A stretch of DNA of 64,000 nt from Lepidodermella squamata (taxonomy: Eukaryota; Animalia; Gastrotricha): contig JBLDXI010000040.1 in assembly GCA_047495785.1 (NCBI GenBank), positions 322,184-386,183 of the forward strand, in the 5' to 3' direction. Every line of letters starts with the position of its first letter. Position 1 is the first letter of the stretch. A program made the position numbers and the translations under genes. Below, piece by piece: positions 51,590 through 64,000 of this stretch. The notes beneath the pieces are model-generated. The model was given only the letters and a program-made list of their open reading frames with translations, did not search any database and had not been told where the DNA came from.

Positions 51590-51711
51590 TTATAGGATCT
51601 TACCCCGCTTGTTGCCTAGCCCTCGGTTATTCTACTGGAACTCAGTCGGTTGGTACAGTCACTGCGTATGGCTTTGCTTCCTTCGAAAGGTGCAGATCCG
51701 GCACCAGCTAA
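51590..51711 (+). pseudogene. 3'-end fragment of the Cys-rich secreted gene
   Basis: SYPACCLALGYSTGTQSVGTVTAYGFASFERC matches last-exon SFHACCLALGNAPGAQSVGTASAYGVSNFDKC; the 3' flank is also homologous. Confidence 0.85.
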
Positions 51712-51752
51712 GCAACAACGCTTCACTGACTAGAAAAATCTACCGATTATGT

Positions 51753-52464
51753 TAGGGCTTCTCAATACCTGACCCTCGGCGACCCCAAAATTTACATTCT
51801 CACCAGGCTGCGACCCCTACCGATATTTTTTAATTTTTATGGTTTTTTGGTGTAGCAAAAGATGCCTCAAATTCCGAAATTCTACGACAAAATGGTCAAA
51901 TATTGCACAATTTCGATCCATTTTTCTAAAAATTTCCTGTAACTTTTACATATATGAGGTTCCAAGCCGCATTTTCGACCGGTTTTAAGTCAAATATTGT
52001 GGGTGGCGAGCGAAGCGAGCTTTAGCTGACGCTATTTGTCAATAATTTTCTGGAAGAGTGACCATAAAATGGATCAAATCTTCTAATTTTTTAGTTTTAT
52101 CAAAATGATCAGTCGGGTCCCCCACAAAGTAGGGAAAATTTAGTAAAAGGCTTCAAAGCAAAAGCGTCAAAGCACCATGACCTCAAAGCAAAATTAAAAA
52201 ATGGCTTCAAAGTAAAATAATAGCATTAATTCCAAAACATGCTGATCATTGCCTAATACTTTATTTTACTTTTTTTATGGGAGTGCTTTGAAGCCATTTG
52301 GTCTGGAGTGTGCACAATTTGTTGCGTCATACTTTCTTTGAAGCCTTTTACTTCGTGGGGGACCCGATCAGTCGACCCCCGCGACCCTTGGACCGGTCCG
52401 CGACCCCTCAAAAATTGGCCCGCGACCCCCGCGGGGGTCGCGACCCACCGTTTGAGAAGCGCTG
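51753..52464. mobile_element. hAT non-autonomous element
   Basis: Termini TAGGGCTTCTCAA / TTGAGAAGCGCTG; perfect 8-bp TSD GATTATGT (51745-51752, 52465-52472); subterminal CGACCC repeats. Confidence 0.92.
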
Positions 52465-52859
52465 GATTATGTCATCAAACACCTGATCATGCGCATTCGT
52501 AGTTGCATGTATTCAGCTTGAAGAATTATGTTTCCATTAGATTTACTTAGTTCTTGACCACGGTGAATTATACAATAAAAGTTAGAAAAATGCCTTAAGG
52601 CATTTGTGTGTGTGATTAAGTTTTATTTATTTATTTTAAATTACTTCCTCAAAATGAAATCACCTGGGACCGGAATCGTATCCTCGAAGGACAAGAGAAA
52701 ATAATTTATAAATCTTCCAGCCGGAGTGCATTCAAGTAGGATCCGAGAGCTGAGGTGTTTTCTACTTGTGGCCGAGGACCCAGCCGAAGAAGCCAAAAGG
52801 CCCCTCTGTGGTTAGAAAGGCGAGAACATCACACCAATTTGGAGTGGGCGTAAAACCTG

Positions 52860-53046
52860 TATATCGTTAGCGGCGCGCCAAAACAACCACTTTACTATTT
52901 ATAGATTTTATATGGATAGTACGATCGAGAGTAGAAAAAAATCAGTGCTCTAATGGCCTATCGTACTTTATCATTACGTTCGGCGACTTCAAGTACGATC
53001 GAATGAATCATCTAAGTGGTTGTTTTGGCGCGCCGCTAACGATATA
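52860..53046. mobile_element. MITE with ~33-bp perfect TIR
   Basis: TATATCGTTAGCGGCGCGCCAAAACAACCACTT / AAGTGGTTGTTTTGGCGCGCCGCTAACGATATA. Confidence 0.85.
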
Positions 53047-53055
53047 TTGAATTTC

Positions 53056-53360
53056 CCGACCAAGCTCAGTGGATAGCTGTCTGCTGTGCATTGAGCGTCA
53101 AGATCGATGGGCACGAGTTCGATCCTCACCCGGGTCGGCCGTGATCCATCAATGACGCTCTACCCCGACGGTGGCCGACCACTCCATCGTGTTACAAAAG
53201 TAAAAGGTGGTAGATCTGGAGTGTCAACGAGACTGCACTAATCGGTACCTAGCTGTCCGACTGAAGACACCCCAAAAAGCGACCCTAAGAGCGCTCATTC
53301 GGGACCCATGGCTTCGGCCCATCCATTCAACGAATGGGACGTCACAAAACGAATCCATTT
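53056..53360 (+). mobile_element. tRNA-derived SINE-like / structured Pol III element
   Basis: CCGACC..GGTCGG acceptor-like stem, A-box-like AGCTCAGTGG, B-box GAGTTCGATCC, no canonical anticodon arm. The 3' boundary is uncertain. Confidence 0.6.
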
Positions 53361-53553
53361 ACCATTTGAATTTCCAAACCGAGAGCCTATATTTATTCGA
53401 TAGCAAATTTGTTTAATTTTATTTTTTGATATAAAAATCGTGGGAATATTCAAAAGTGGCCCTTTTACATAAGAGCGTGCGGCCTAATTTAAAATTAGCG
53501 TTTGCGGACAAGTCTACAGTTACCGTCTGATTGCGATTGGGGCCTGCTCGTAT

Positions 53554-53651
53554 GCCAGCCTTGCCGCTATCTGTGCCATTGCCTGCTCTGCAGCTACCTC
53601 AACACCAAACGCGACTTGCCCTAGTGGCAGGCCAGTTGCCAGTCTTGTTTA
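53554..53651 (+). pseudogene. 5' fragment of the Cys-rich secreted gene (signal peptide to first repeat)
   Basis: GCCTTGCCGCTATCTGT..CAACACCAAACGCGACTTGCCCTAGTGGC..CAGTCTTGTTTA matches 45381-45473. Confidence 0.8.
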
Positions 53652-56600
53652 ATAATATGAGTAGTCAGAGTAATAATCTGTGTATAGCAAATTTGAGCAT
53701 CAATCAATCTAAAATGGAGCCTTGTCTTAAATTAACAATAAAATTTCAATTATTTAGCTCCACCTCAGATTTTTCTGGGGAAAATCGAGGACAAAGTATA
53801 GATCGATGGCTGTGGTTTTGGTATAATTATTTATTATTTCAGCCAGGAGCCTTGCCATTACGGAGGGAAAAAATCGTGAAAATAGTGAATTGATTCGCTA
53901 AAATAAAAGGGCGCTACCAGGGCTACGACAACTCAGAATATTAGGTATTTTTGTTTATAATTTTTGAATTTAATTTTCTGGTTACTTAGATTTATGAGAT
54001 CAAAACCTGCTTTCGCCTAGGGCCCAAACTGGCTACACTATTTTCGAAGAGAACTGATCAAGGTTCTCCTATGATAGCAGCTTATCCATCAACGAGACTT
54101 TACACAACGAGCTTGCATCCCGATTGCAAACTCCCTAATGCGATTTTCCCAGCATCAGATATTTGCTTTCGATATTTGCTAGCATGCCGTTCATATTTTC
54201 GACTCAGTTCATCGCGTCTTTCGTGATTTTGTGTATTATTTGCCCACGCTCACTTCAACGGCCTTACCCCAGCCGAGCTAATTGATACCAGCATTAATTT
54301 GCTACAACATGGGGGTTGTGATTGCTATAAATCGACCGCATCCCTTTAGCGAGCTCTTTTTGCTCGCTGGTGAGTTGTGGTCTACCCTCTCGTACTATTC
54401 ATACAGTGGATGAATTAGGATCCTCGAGGTGCAGGGTACGCTGGGGTATTTTCAGCCCCGAAATTATCTGACCAAAGGGTAATTCGCAATCTGCTCTCAT
54501 ACTCATACTCTTAATTTATGCAAATTGCTTTTCGACATTCAGCATTTGGCATAAGACATCATCACAAGGCTTATTTGTCAACTATTCCCACAATTGATGG
54601 TCGAACCATGGTACCCAGGCTAGGCGGGCTGAGTAGCCATATCTTGATTGCCGGTGAATGGCGTCCTACACCGCGAGGGAGGAAACCGCTGTCTCGAGTG
54701 GATTTGCTTGGCGGTGATACCAGCAGGTACGCACTCGAGGATTGTGCCCTTGACTCCGTAGTCGGCGACACTTCTTCCTGTCAGCTTGATTTACGGTCCC
54801 AGAAACGCCGCATTCAATGCGTAGAAGAATTATTGGTGTTGCGGTTCTGGGCATTGAACCCGTGCCTCTTCGCCGCCAGTGAGATGCTTGGACCGCTCGA
54901 CCACCGCTCGAGTCAGCTCTGATCTCAAGGCTGAAGTGGATTTTTTAAGTGATCGGAAAATACGAGCCATAGCCCTCCCCAGTGTTCCGATTTTTTCCCA
55001 CTGGACCACGCTCAGTGGCAGACACAAAAAAATATTCCTTATTAAAACCGTTGAGAAAAGGGGTAGGGGTATATTTAATCGGCATACACTTTCAGACCTT
55101 AGAAGCCAGCCAGGTTTGGGGATTTCTTAAGTTAAAAATTCACAATTTTCGTGCTTTTATATAAAAAATTCCGCTCGCTTCGTTTGGAAACATCCTTTTT
55201 CTATTCTCTTAAGCCCACAGTTCCCATTCTCATTAGACCCACTTTTCAATGATCTGGAATCTGGAATCTGCCTGGAGGTAAGTTTGAAGGAGTGGAGGAG
55301 ATTCCTTCCTATTTTGAGGAAAAAACCAGCTTCCAGATGCTCATTTTTCGCATTTCAGTATCGAATCACCAAAAAATCGGCTCGCTTCGCTCGCATTCTA
55401 ATTTCTAATCCTATAACCTATTTGTTGTTTACCTGATATAAAACAGCTATAGCAATATAAAAGACCTTACTTCCCTAGAACAGCATCGGCTTTAACCTTT
55501 AGGAAATAACATATCTGATTTATAATCGCGTTTTTGCGAACTTCGAACCAATTGACAGCAGCTAAGCGAAAAAATCGAAAATAATGAAAAAAAATTCCAA
55601 ATTGGCGTACACTTTTCTGCAACTTCTTTCCAGTGGCAGACACTTTCGAGTCACGAAAAAAAATCGGAGGACTGGCCCTCCCCAAACGCGTAAGGTTAGT
55701 CGCGCCCCTTTTGGGTTTTGGGTTTTGGGCACCCTTGAGTGCAACGTGCGACGTTTGCTTGATAAACAAATGTAGCGCTGGGTTGCTCGAGTCAGCGACT
55801 TACAAACCAAAACTTAGAATATCTCAAATTCGGTTTCGAGCTCGATTCGGGAACTTTTTGCAACTAATGAAAAATCTTGAGAGCCTGATGCCTGTGTGTG
55901 AGCCTGCGTGACTTGTATATATAACTGTTGATTACTGGTAAAATAAATTACTTGGAACATAAAGCATAAAGCTGGATAATTGAACTCGGATTCATATGAA
56001 ATAATGGTTAATAACGAATAAAATGGCAATAAAAGGGTGGCTCATGGATTCTTTGGTGTTCAATTCTCGGTTTCGAGCACTCGTTAACGTTGAAGCCGTT
56101 GACTAAGAAATATCTAACATTTCCAATATTTGAAATATTTCCAAATATTTCCAATATTATTTAAAATATCCAAGATTTGGAGGAAGTCAAATGAAAAATA
56201 TATGAGAAAACCACTGCCAAGTAGTTCGGTGATGTTCGATACAACAAAATAGTAGACGATCGCCGACGTGAGAAACCCACGTTGGTTTAGCGAGATTCGT
56301 GAAATTCGTGAAATTCGTGAAATTTCAAATTTTTCAAAATGCAAGCATCAGCTCGGATCTCATCCTATTTTTCTGAAGATTGGGGAATAACATGCATAGA
56401 ATTGAAGCAATTCAGTATTAAATTTGCCCAGATTCGACGTAAGACTGAGCCGCAATGCCGTGCGTGGCGAATTACTTCGACATCGTGGGCTAGGCCTGTG
56501 CAGATGATTCTGTGAAGAATTTCCTTGGCTATTTCTTGAACAAACTTTGTTCTTGACATCTTTAACGTGGACAAAAAACTCGCCATTTTTTGCCAATTAA

Positions 56601-59600
56601 TTACCCCATTAATTACCTATTAATTACATTTTAATCATTAATACTTGCTTTTCAGACGAAATGCGCATTAAAAATTGAAGACAATAGGCGTTGAGCACAT
56701 TCGTTGCAAACGGACTTTACATGTGCGCGAACCGGCCATGTTGCGGCCGTTGGGGGCGTTGATGAGGTTGAAGTTGCCTGGGGTCGAATGCACTGAAGGG
56801 CTGAAGGGGTGAAGCCACCTGTGAATGCTGCGCGTGGGAGGTTGCGAAACAACAGACATTTGAGCGTATAAAAGCGGAAGAAACCTGTGAGTATCTATCA
56901 GTTTTTCAGCCTTCGAGCTTTGTCAAGATCTTTCCAGGAACATTCTTACAGTTTTACGACGTTTTGCCGATTGTTTTCTGATACTACTAATGGAATCGTT
57001 CATTCCCACATGGTTGGTTATTTTTTGCTTCAATGGAAAATGTGATTCCGCCCGGTGTTTCCGCCCGGTGATTCCGCCCGCTCACGCGTTTTAAGGTGGA
57101 TCTTTTATTATTAATTTCGGTTAAAATCCAAATCATTGAATTACTGGGCGAACCAGACTCCATTTAGGGATTGGACTAGCAAAGCAAAAATTTGAACCAA
57201 AATAAAGCATTTTAACAAAAACCATTTTTATTGAACAATAATACTGTGGGAGAGCTTATAAACAATAGTCAGTTCTGGATGTGACATGCACCGTGCAGTA
57301 AATTACTTGACAACTGGCGTCGACCGTGAAATGGCGTGATTCAAACCGGTTCTTCAGGCTTAACAGGATCACAGCCCAACAATGCCAATGCCGTCGCTTC
57401 GCATAGAGATTTTCCACCGAAAGTCGTTGAACAGCATAGTCGGCGTATCGTTTCCTGGAATTTTGCACCGTGCCAATTGTCTCAAGCGCCAATTCTTCGA
57501 TGTATTGTTGCAGTTATTCAGCAACGCCTTCAAAGTCATCGCCGTCAACGCCGTCGGATTGAACACTGGATTGAACACTGAACATCGGCGAAGAGGAAAT
57601 TCGGGCTTTTGCTATAGCAGCTCGATATCTTGAGCATTGCGGTTTTCACGAGCTGATTGGTGTCGCTCAGACTGCAACAGCCATATCCATTTGGTTAGAA
57701 TCGACTGCGTTTCCGAGGATTAAATCGCCGATGCCGTGCGTGGTTTCAACCATAGAGAACGGAGTGATCAGAGAGAACACTCGCTTATTCGCTAAGCTAA
57801 CGCTAATAATTTCTACATTTTTGTTTAATAATTTTCAAGCTGGATTTTTTTTAAATGAGTTTACATGTGAACATGAGGTATTTTTCATCAATTTTCAGGG
57901 ACCGTTATGTCAGCGGGTAATGTCCTAATCTTACGCCACTTCGAAAATTAGCTCATCAATACTAAGAGATGTTATAGAAAAAAATTCAATGAGCAGGGAG
58001 GAAAATTGACACAGCTAGGGCTATGCGAAATAAGGCCGTCCTTGTTATACTTCAATGTGGCTTCAAAGGCCGAAATTCACTACTAGGGTGAGTATAATCA
58101 TTTCAAAAGTGGAAAATTTGGGTTCCTCAGCTTCGATAACCCCTATGAATATTCATTCCAAAGTTGTGGACCTTTTGTCAATTCATGAACAAATTTAATA
58201 CTAATTTAATGTGTATTCTATTATGCCTAAATACTGATCTATTTGTCTATTACCTATATCCTACACGGCTGCTCTTTAAATAGTTGAGCAAGTCGATGCT
58301 ATATGGTTTGTGGTTTGTAGCGCCGAAAAGCTGACCGAAAATTCATTGAAGCGCCAAATGAAGCGGTTTACCCAGGGTATTTTTTAGCTAAAGGAATTTT
58401 GAAAAGCTTGACACAAAACGCGATATATTAGAGGTGACATTTCTGGTATAAATGTGTATAATCATGATCGGGCGACGGTCATGCCTCATACTGAAAATGA
58501 CGGAGAGCCTTATTATCATTTATTTCGCCTTTATTTCGCATTTTTGGCCAAATAATGGTTTCTCGAAACTAGGTTTTGTAATTTTAGTTCACTGCCCTGT
58601 ATTTTTTCAAACGGGTTTCAAGTCTTGCCTTGTATTTAGGGTCTGCGCTTAATTTTCGACCCTAATCAGTCAGTCTAAACCTAGATCAACAGTTAAAACC
58701 GCCGAATAACCACTATCACTACTACCTTCAAACTGTCACTACATAAATGAAAATGTTGCTGAAGTATCTAAGGTGGATAAAGGACAATTAGTGCACTTAC
58801 TGATGGAAAGTCGCAACCTATCAAGCTTCAACCACTTGTCCAACAAGGCGTCCATGCAATCCCGCGTCATACAATAAAGTCCCGCCTATTATTACGGTTT
58901 TTTTGGAAGGAGGTAGTAGTGATAGTGGTTATTCGGGGTTTTAACTGTTGATCTAGGTTTAGACTGACTGATTAGGGTCGAAAATTAAGCGCAGACCCTA
59001 AATACAAGGCAAGACTTGAAACCCGTTTGAAAAAATACAGGGCAGTGAACTAAATTACAAAACCTAGTTTCGAGAAACCATTATTTGGCCAAAAATGCGA
59101 AATAAAGGCGAAATAAATGATAATAAGGCTCTCCGTCATTTTCAGTATGAGGCATGACCGTCGCCCGATCATGATTATACACATTTATACCAGAAATGTC
59201 ACCTCTAATATATCGCGTTTTGTGTCAAGCTTTTCAAAATTCCTTTAGCTAAAAAATACCCTGGGTAAACCGCTTCATTTGGCGCTTCAATGAATTTTCG
59301 GTCAGCTTTTCGGCGCTACAAACCACAAACCATATAGCATCGACTTGCTCAACTATTTAAAGAGCAGCCGTGTAGGATATAGGTAATAGACAAATAGATC
59401 AGTATTTAGGCCATAATAGAATACACATTAAATTAGTATTAAATTTGTTCATGAATTGACAAAAGGTCCACAACTTTGGAATGAATATTCATAGGGGTTA
59501 TCGAAGCTGAGGAACCCAAATTTTCCACTTTTGAAATGATTATACTCACCCTAGTAGTGAATTTCGCCTTTGAAGCCACATTGAAGTATAACAAGGACGG

Positions 59601-62600
59601 CCTTATTTCGCATAGCCCTAGCTGTGTCAATTTTCCTCCTGCTCATTGAATTTTTTTCTATAACATCTCTTAGTATTGATGAGCTAATTTTCGAAGTGGC
59701 GTAGATTAGGACATTACCCGCTGACATAACGGTCCCCTGAAAATTGATGAAAAATACCTCATGTTCACATGTAAACTCATTTAAAAAAAATCCAGCTTGA
59801 AAATTATTAAACAAAAATGTAGAAATTATTAGCGTTAGCTTAGCGAATAAGCGAGTGTTCTCTCTGATCACTCCGTTCTCTATGGTTGAAACCACGCACG
59901 GCATCGGCGATTTAATCCTCGGAAACGCAGTCGATTCTAACCAAATGGATATGGCTGTTGCAGTCTGAGCGACACCAATCAGCTCGTGAAAACCGCAATG
60001 CTCAAGATATCGAGCTGCTATAGCAAAAGCCCGAATTTCCTCTTCGCCGATGTTCAGTGTTCAATCCAGTGTTCAATCCGACGGCGTTGACGGCGATGAC
60101 TTTGAAGGCGTTGCTTGAATAACTGGCAACAATACATCGAAGAATTGGCGCTTGAGACAATTGGCACGGTGCAAATTCCAGGAAACGATACGCCGACTAT
60201 GCTGTTCAACGACTTTCGGTGGAAAATCTCTATGCGAAGCGACGGCATTGGCATTGTTGGGCTGTGATCCTGTAAGCCTGAAGAACCGGTTTGAATCACG
60301 CCATTTCACGGTCGACGCCAGTTGTCAAGTAATTTACTGCACGGTGCATGTCACATCCAGAACTGACTATTGTTTATAAGCTCTCCCACAGTATTATTGT
60401 TCAATAAAAATGGTTTTTGTTAAAATGCTTTATTTTGGTTCAAATTTTTGCTTTGCTAGGTCCAATCCCTAAATGGAGTCTGGTTCGCCCAGTAATTCAA
60501 TGATTTGGATTTTAACCGAAATTAATAATAAAAGATCCACCTTAAAACGCGTGAGCGGGCGGAATCACCGGGCGGAAACACCGGGCGGAATCACATTTTC
60601 CATTGAAGCAAAAAATAACCAACCATGTGGGAATGAACGATTCCATTAGTAGTATCAGAAAACAATCGGCAAAACGTCGTAAAACTGTAAGAATGTTCCT
60701 GGAAAGATCTTGACAAAGCTCGAAGGCTGAAAAACTGATAGATACTCACAGGTTTCTTCCGCTTTTATACGCTCAAATGTCTGTTGTTTCGCAACCTCCC
60801 ACGCGCAGCATTCACAGGTGGCTTCACCCCTTCAGCCCTTCAGTGCATTCGACCCCAGGCAACTTCACCTCATCAACGCCCCCAACGGCCGCAACATGGC
60901 CGGTTCGCGCACATGTAAAGTCCGTTTGCAACGAATGTGCTCAACGCCTATTGTCTTCAATTTTTAATGCGCATTTCGTCTGAAAAGCAAGTATTAATGA
61001 TTAAAATGTAATTAATAGGTAATTAATGGGGTAATTAATTGGCAAAAAATGGCGAGTTTTTTGTCCACGTTAAAGATGTCAAGAACAAAGTTTGTTCAAG
61101 AAATAGCCAAGGAAATTCTTCACAGAATCATCTGCACAGGCCTAGCCCACGATGTCGAAGTAATTCGCCACGCACGCATTGCGGCTCAGTCTTACGTCGA
61201 ATCTGGGCAAATTTAATACTGAATTGCTTCAATTCTATGCATGTTATTCCCCAATCTTCAGAAAATAGGATGAGATCCGAGCTGATGCTTGCATTTTGAA
61301 AAATTTGAAATTTCACGAATTTCACGAATTTCACGAATCTCGCTAAACCAACGTGGGTTTCTCACGTCGGCGATCGTCTACTATTTTGTTGTATCGACAT
61401 CACCGAACTACTTGGGCAGTGGTTTTCTCATATATTTTTTCCATTTGGACTTCCTCCAAATCTTGGATATTTTAAATAATATTGGAAATATTTGGAATAT
61501 TTCAAATATTGGAAATGTTAGATATTTCTTAGTCAACGGCTTCAACGTTAACGAGTGCTCGAAACCGAGAATTGAACACCAAAGAATCCATGAGCCACCC
61601 TTTTATTGCCATTTTATTCGTTATTAACCATTATTTCATATGAATCCGAGTTCAATTATCCAGCTTTATGCTTTATGTTCCAAGTAATTTATTTTACCAG
61701 TAATCAACAGTTATATATACAAGTCACGCAGGCTCACACACAGGCATCAGGCTCTCAAGATTTTTCATTAGTTGCAAAAAGTTCCCGAATCGAGCTCGAA
61801 ACCGATTTGAGATATTCTAAGTTTTGGTTTGTAAGTCGCTGACTCGAGCAACCCAGCGCTACATTTGTTTATCAAGCAAACGTCGCACGTTGCACTCAAG
61901 GGTGCCCAAAACCCAAAACCCAAAAGGGGCGCGACTAACCTTACGCGTTTGGGGAGGGCCAGTCCTCCGATTTTTTTTCGTGACTCGAAAGTGTCTGCCA
62001 CTGGAAAGAAGTTGCAGAAAAGTGTACGCCAATTTGGAATTTTTTTCATTATTTTCGATTTTTTCGCTTAGCTGCTGTCAATTGGTTCGAAGTTCGCAAA
62101 ACGCGATTATAAATCAGATATGTTATTTCCTAAAGGTTAAAGCCGATGCTGTTCTAGGGAAGTAAGGTCTTTTATATTGCTATAGCTGTTTTATATCAGG
62201 TAAACAACAAATAGGTTATAGGATTAGAAATTAGAATGCGAGCGAAGCGAGCCGATTTTTTGGTGATTCGATACTGAAATGCGAAAAATGAGCATCTGGA
62301 AGCTGGTTTTTTCCTCAAAATAGGAAGGAATCTCCTCCACTCCTTCAAACTTACCTCCAGGCAGATTCCAGATTCCAGATCATTGAAAAGTGGGTCTAAT
62401 GAGAATGGGAAACTGTGGGCTTAAGAGAATAGAAAAAGGATGTTTCAAACGAAGCGAGCGGAATTTTTTATATAAAAGCACGAAAATTGTGAATTTTTAA
62501 CTTAAGAAATCCCCAAACCTGGCTGGCTTCTAAGGCTGAAAGTGTATGCCGATTAAATATACCCCTACCCCTTTTCTCAACGGTTTTAATAAGGAATATT

Positions 62601-63985
62601 TTTTTGTGTCTGCCACTGAGCGTGGTCCCAGTGGGAAAAAATCGGAACACTGGGGAGGGCTATGGCTCGTATTTTCCGATCACTTAAAAAATCCACTTCA
62701 GCCTTGAGATCAGAGCTGACTCGAGCGGTGGTCGAGCGGTCCAAGCATCTCACTGGCGGCGAAGAGGCACGGGTTCAATGCCCAGAAACCGCAACACCAA
62801 TAATTCTTCTACGCATTGAATGCGGCGTTTCTGGGACCGTAAATCAAGCTGACAGGAAGAAGTGTCGCCGACTACGGAGTCAAGGGCACAATCCTCGAGT
62901 GCGTACCTGCTGGTATCACCGCCAAGCAAATCCACTCGAGACAGCGGTTTCCTCCCTCGCGGTGTAGGACGCCATTCACCGGCAATCAAGGATATGGCTA
63001 CTCAGCCCGCCTAGCCTGGGGTACCATGGTTCGACCATCAATTGTGGGAATAGTTGACAAATAAGCCTTGCTGATGAGTCTTATGCCAATGCTGAATGTC
63101 GAAAAGCAATTTGCATAAATTAAGAGTATGAGTATGAGAGCAGATTGCGAATTACCCTTTGGTCAGATAATTCGGGGCTGAAAATACCCCAGCGTACCCT
63201 GCACCTCGAGGATCCTAATTCATCCACTGTATGAATAGTACGAGAGGGTAGACACAACTCACCAGCGAGCAAAAAGAGCTCGCTAAAGGGATGCGGTCGA
63301 TTTATAGCAATCACAACCCCCATGTTGTAGCAAATTAATGCTGGTATCAATTAGCTCGGCTGGGGTAAGGCCGTTGAAGTGAGCGTGGGCAAATAATACA
63401 CAAAATCACGAAAGACGCGATGAACTGGAGTCGAAAATATGAACGGCATGCTAGCAAATATCGAAAGCAAATATCTGATGCTGGGAAAATCGCATTAGGA
63501 GTTTGCAATCGGGATGCAAGCTCGTTGGTGTAAAGTCTCGTTGATGGATAAGCTGCTATCATAGGAGAACCTTGATCAGTTCTCTTCGAAAATAGTGTAG
63601 CCAGTTTGGGCCCTAGGCGAAAGCAGGTTTTGATCTCATAAATCTAAGTAACCAGAAAATTAAATTCAAAAATTATAAACAAAAATACCTAATATTCTGA
63701 GTTGTCGTAGCCCTGGTAGCGCCCTTTTATTTTAGCGAATCAATTCACTATTTTCACGATTTTTTCCCTCCGTAATGGCAAGGCTCCTGGCTGAAATAAT
63801 AAATATTATACCAAAACCACAGCCATCGATCTATACTTTGTCCTCGATTTTCCCAGAAAAATCTGAGGTGGAGCTACATAATTGAAATTTTATTGTTAAT
63901 TTAAGACAAGGCTCCATTTTTAGATTGATTGATGCTCAAATTTGCTATACACAGATTATTACTCTGACTACTCATATTATTAAAC
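53647..63985. repeat. Giant inverted repeat: arms 53647-58727 and 58911-63985, spacer 58728-58910
   Basis: The ORF track is mirrored (e.g. 56114-56344 minus vs 61289 plus; 57731 plus vs 59904 minus). The arms differ mainly by 1-nt indels. Confidence 0.97.
56500..57010 (+). pseudogene. Diverged copy of the upstream repeat, promoter and start of the Cys-rich gene (mirrored at ~60630-61130)
   Basis: TTCTTGACATC..CAAAAAACTCGCCATTTTTTG, GTATAAA, AAGATCTTTCCA and GATAC.ACT.ATGGAATCGTT occur in the same order as in 44985-45373. Confidence 0.65.
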
Positions 63986-64000
63986 CGACTGGCCCTAGTG

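Noticed and set aside
54518-56350. Multiple ORFs duplicated in both palindrome arms
   Set aside because: The duplication just reflects the palindrome; no recognisable protein family.
63070-63108. Hammerhead-like CTGATGA..GAAA
   Set aside because: No convincing stems, and the mirror arm lacks the CTGATGA core. A similar motif near 32500-32525 also lacks correct geometry.

Overview
This is eukaryotic DNA from an invertebrate animal: most spliceosomal introns are 45-60 bp, and it carries TTAGGG-type repeats. From left to right it contains (1) the 3' part of an EGF-EGF-PAN-fibrinogen-domain gene; (2) a large minus-strand centrosomin/CDK5RAP2/myomegalin-family gene whose kb-sized introns hold several MITEs and an intron-containing tRNA-Asn(GTT); (3) two tandem Cys-loop ligand-gated ion channel genes only 41 bp apart; (4) four tandem secreted-protein genes sharing a C-terminal motif I do not recognise; (5) V-ATPase proteolipid subunit c; (6) a transposon-rich zone (~37.6-53.5 kb) with telomere-like repeats, CACTA-like, hAT, piggyBac-like and TA-target elements, LINE, Helitron and P-element transposase relics, a tRNA-derived SINE-like element, and one intact secreted Cys-rich repeat gene whose fragments recur beside a P-element-associated repeat; (7) a ~10.3 kb near-perfect palindrome running to the window end, possibly a fold-back artefact. 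Best candidates for new biology: the four-gene secreted family, the apparently transposon-borne Cys-rich gene, the operon-like channel pair with opposite pore charge, and the intron-containing tRNA-Asn. Gene models were spliced by eye; family calls rest on recalled motifs, not database searches.
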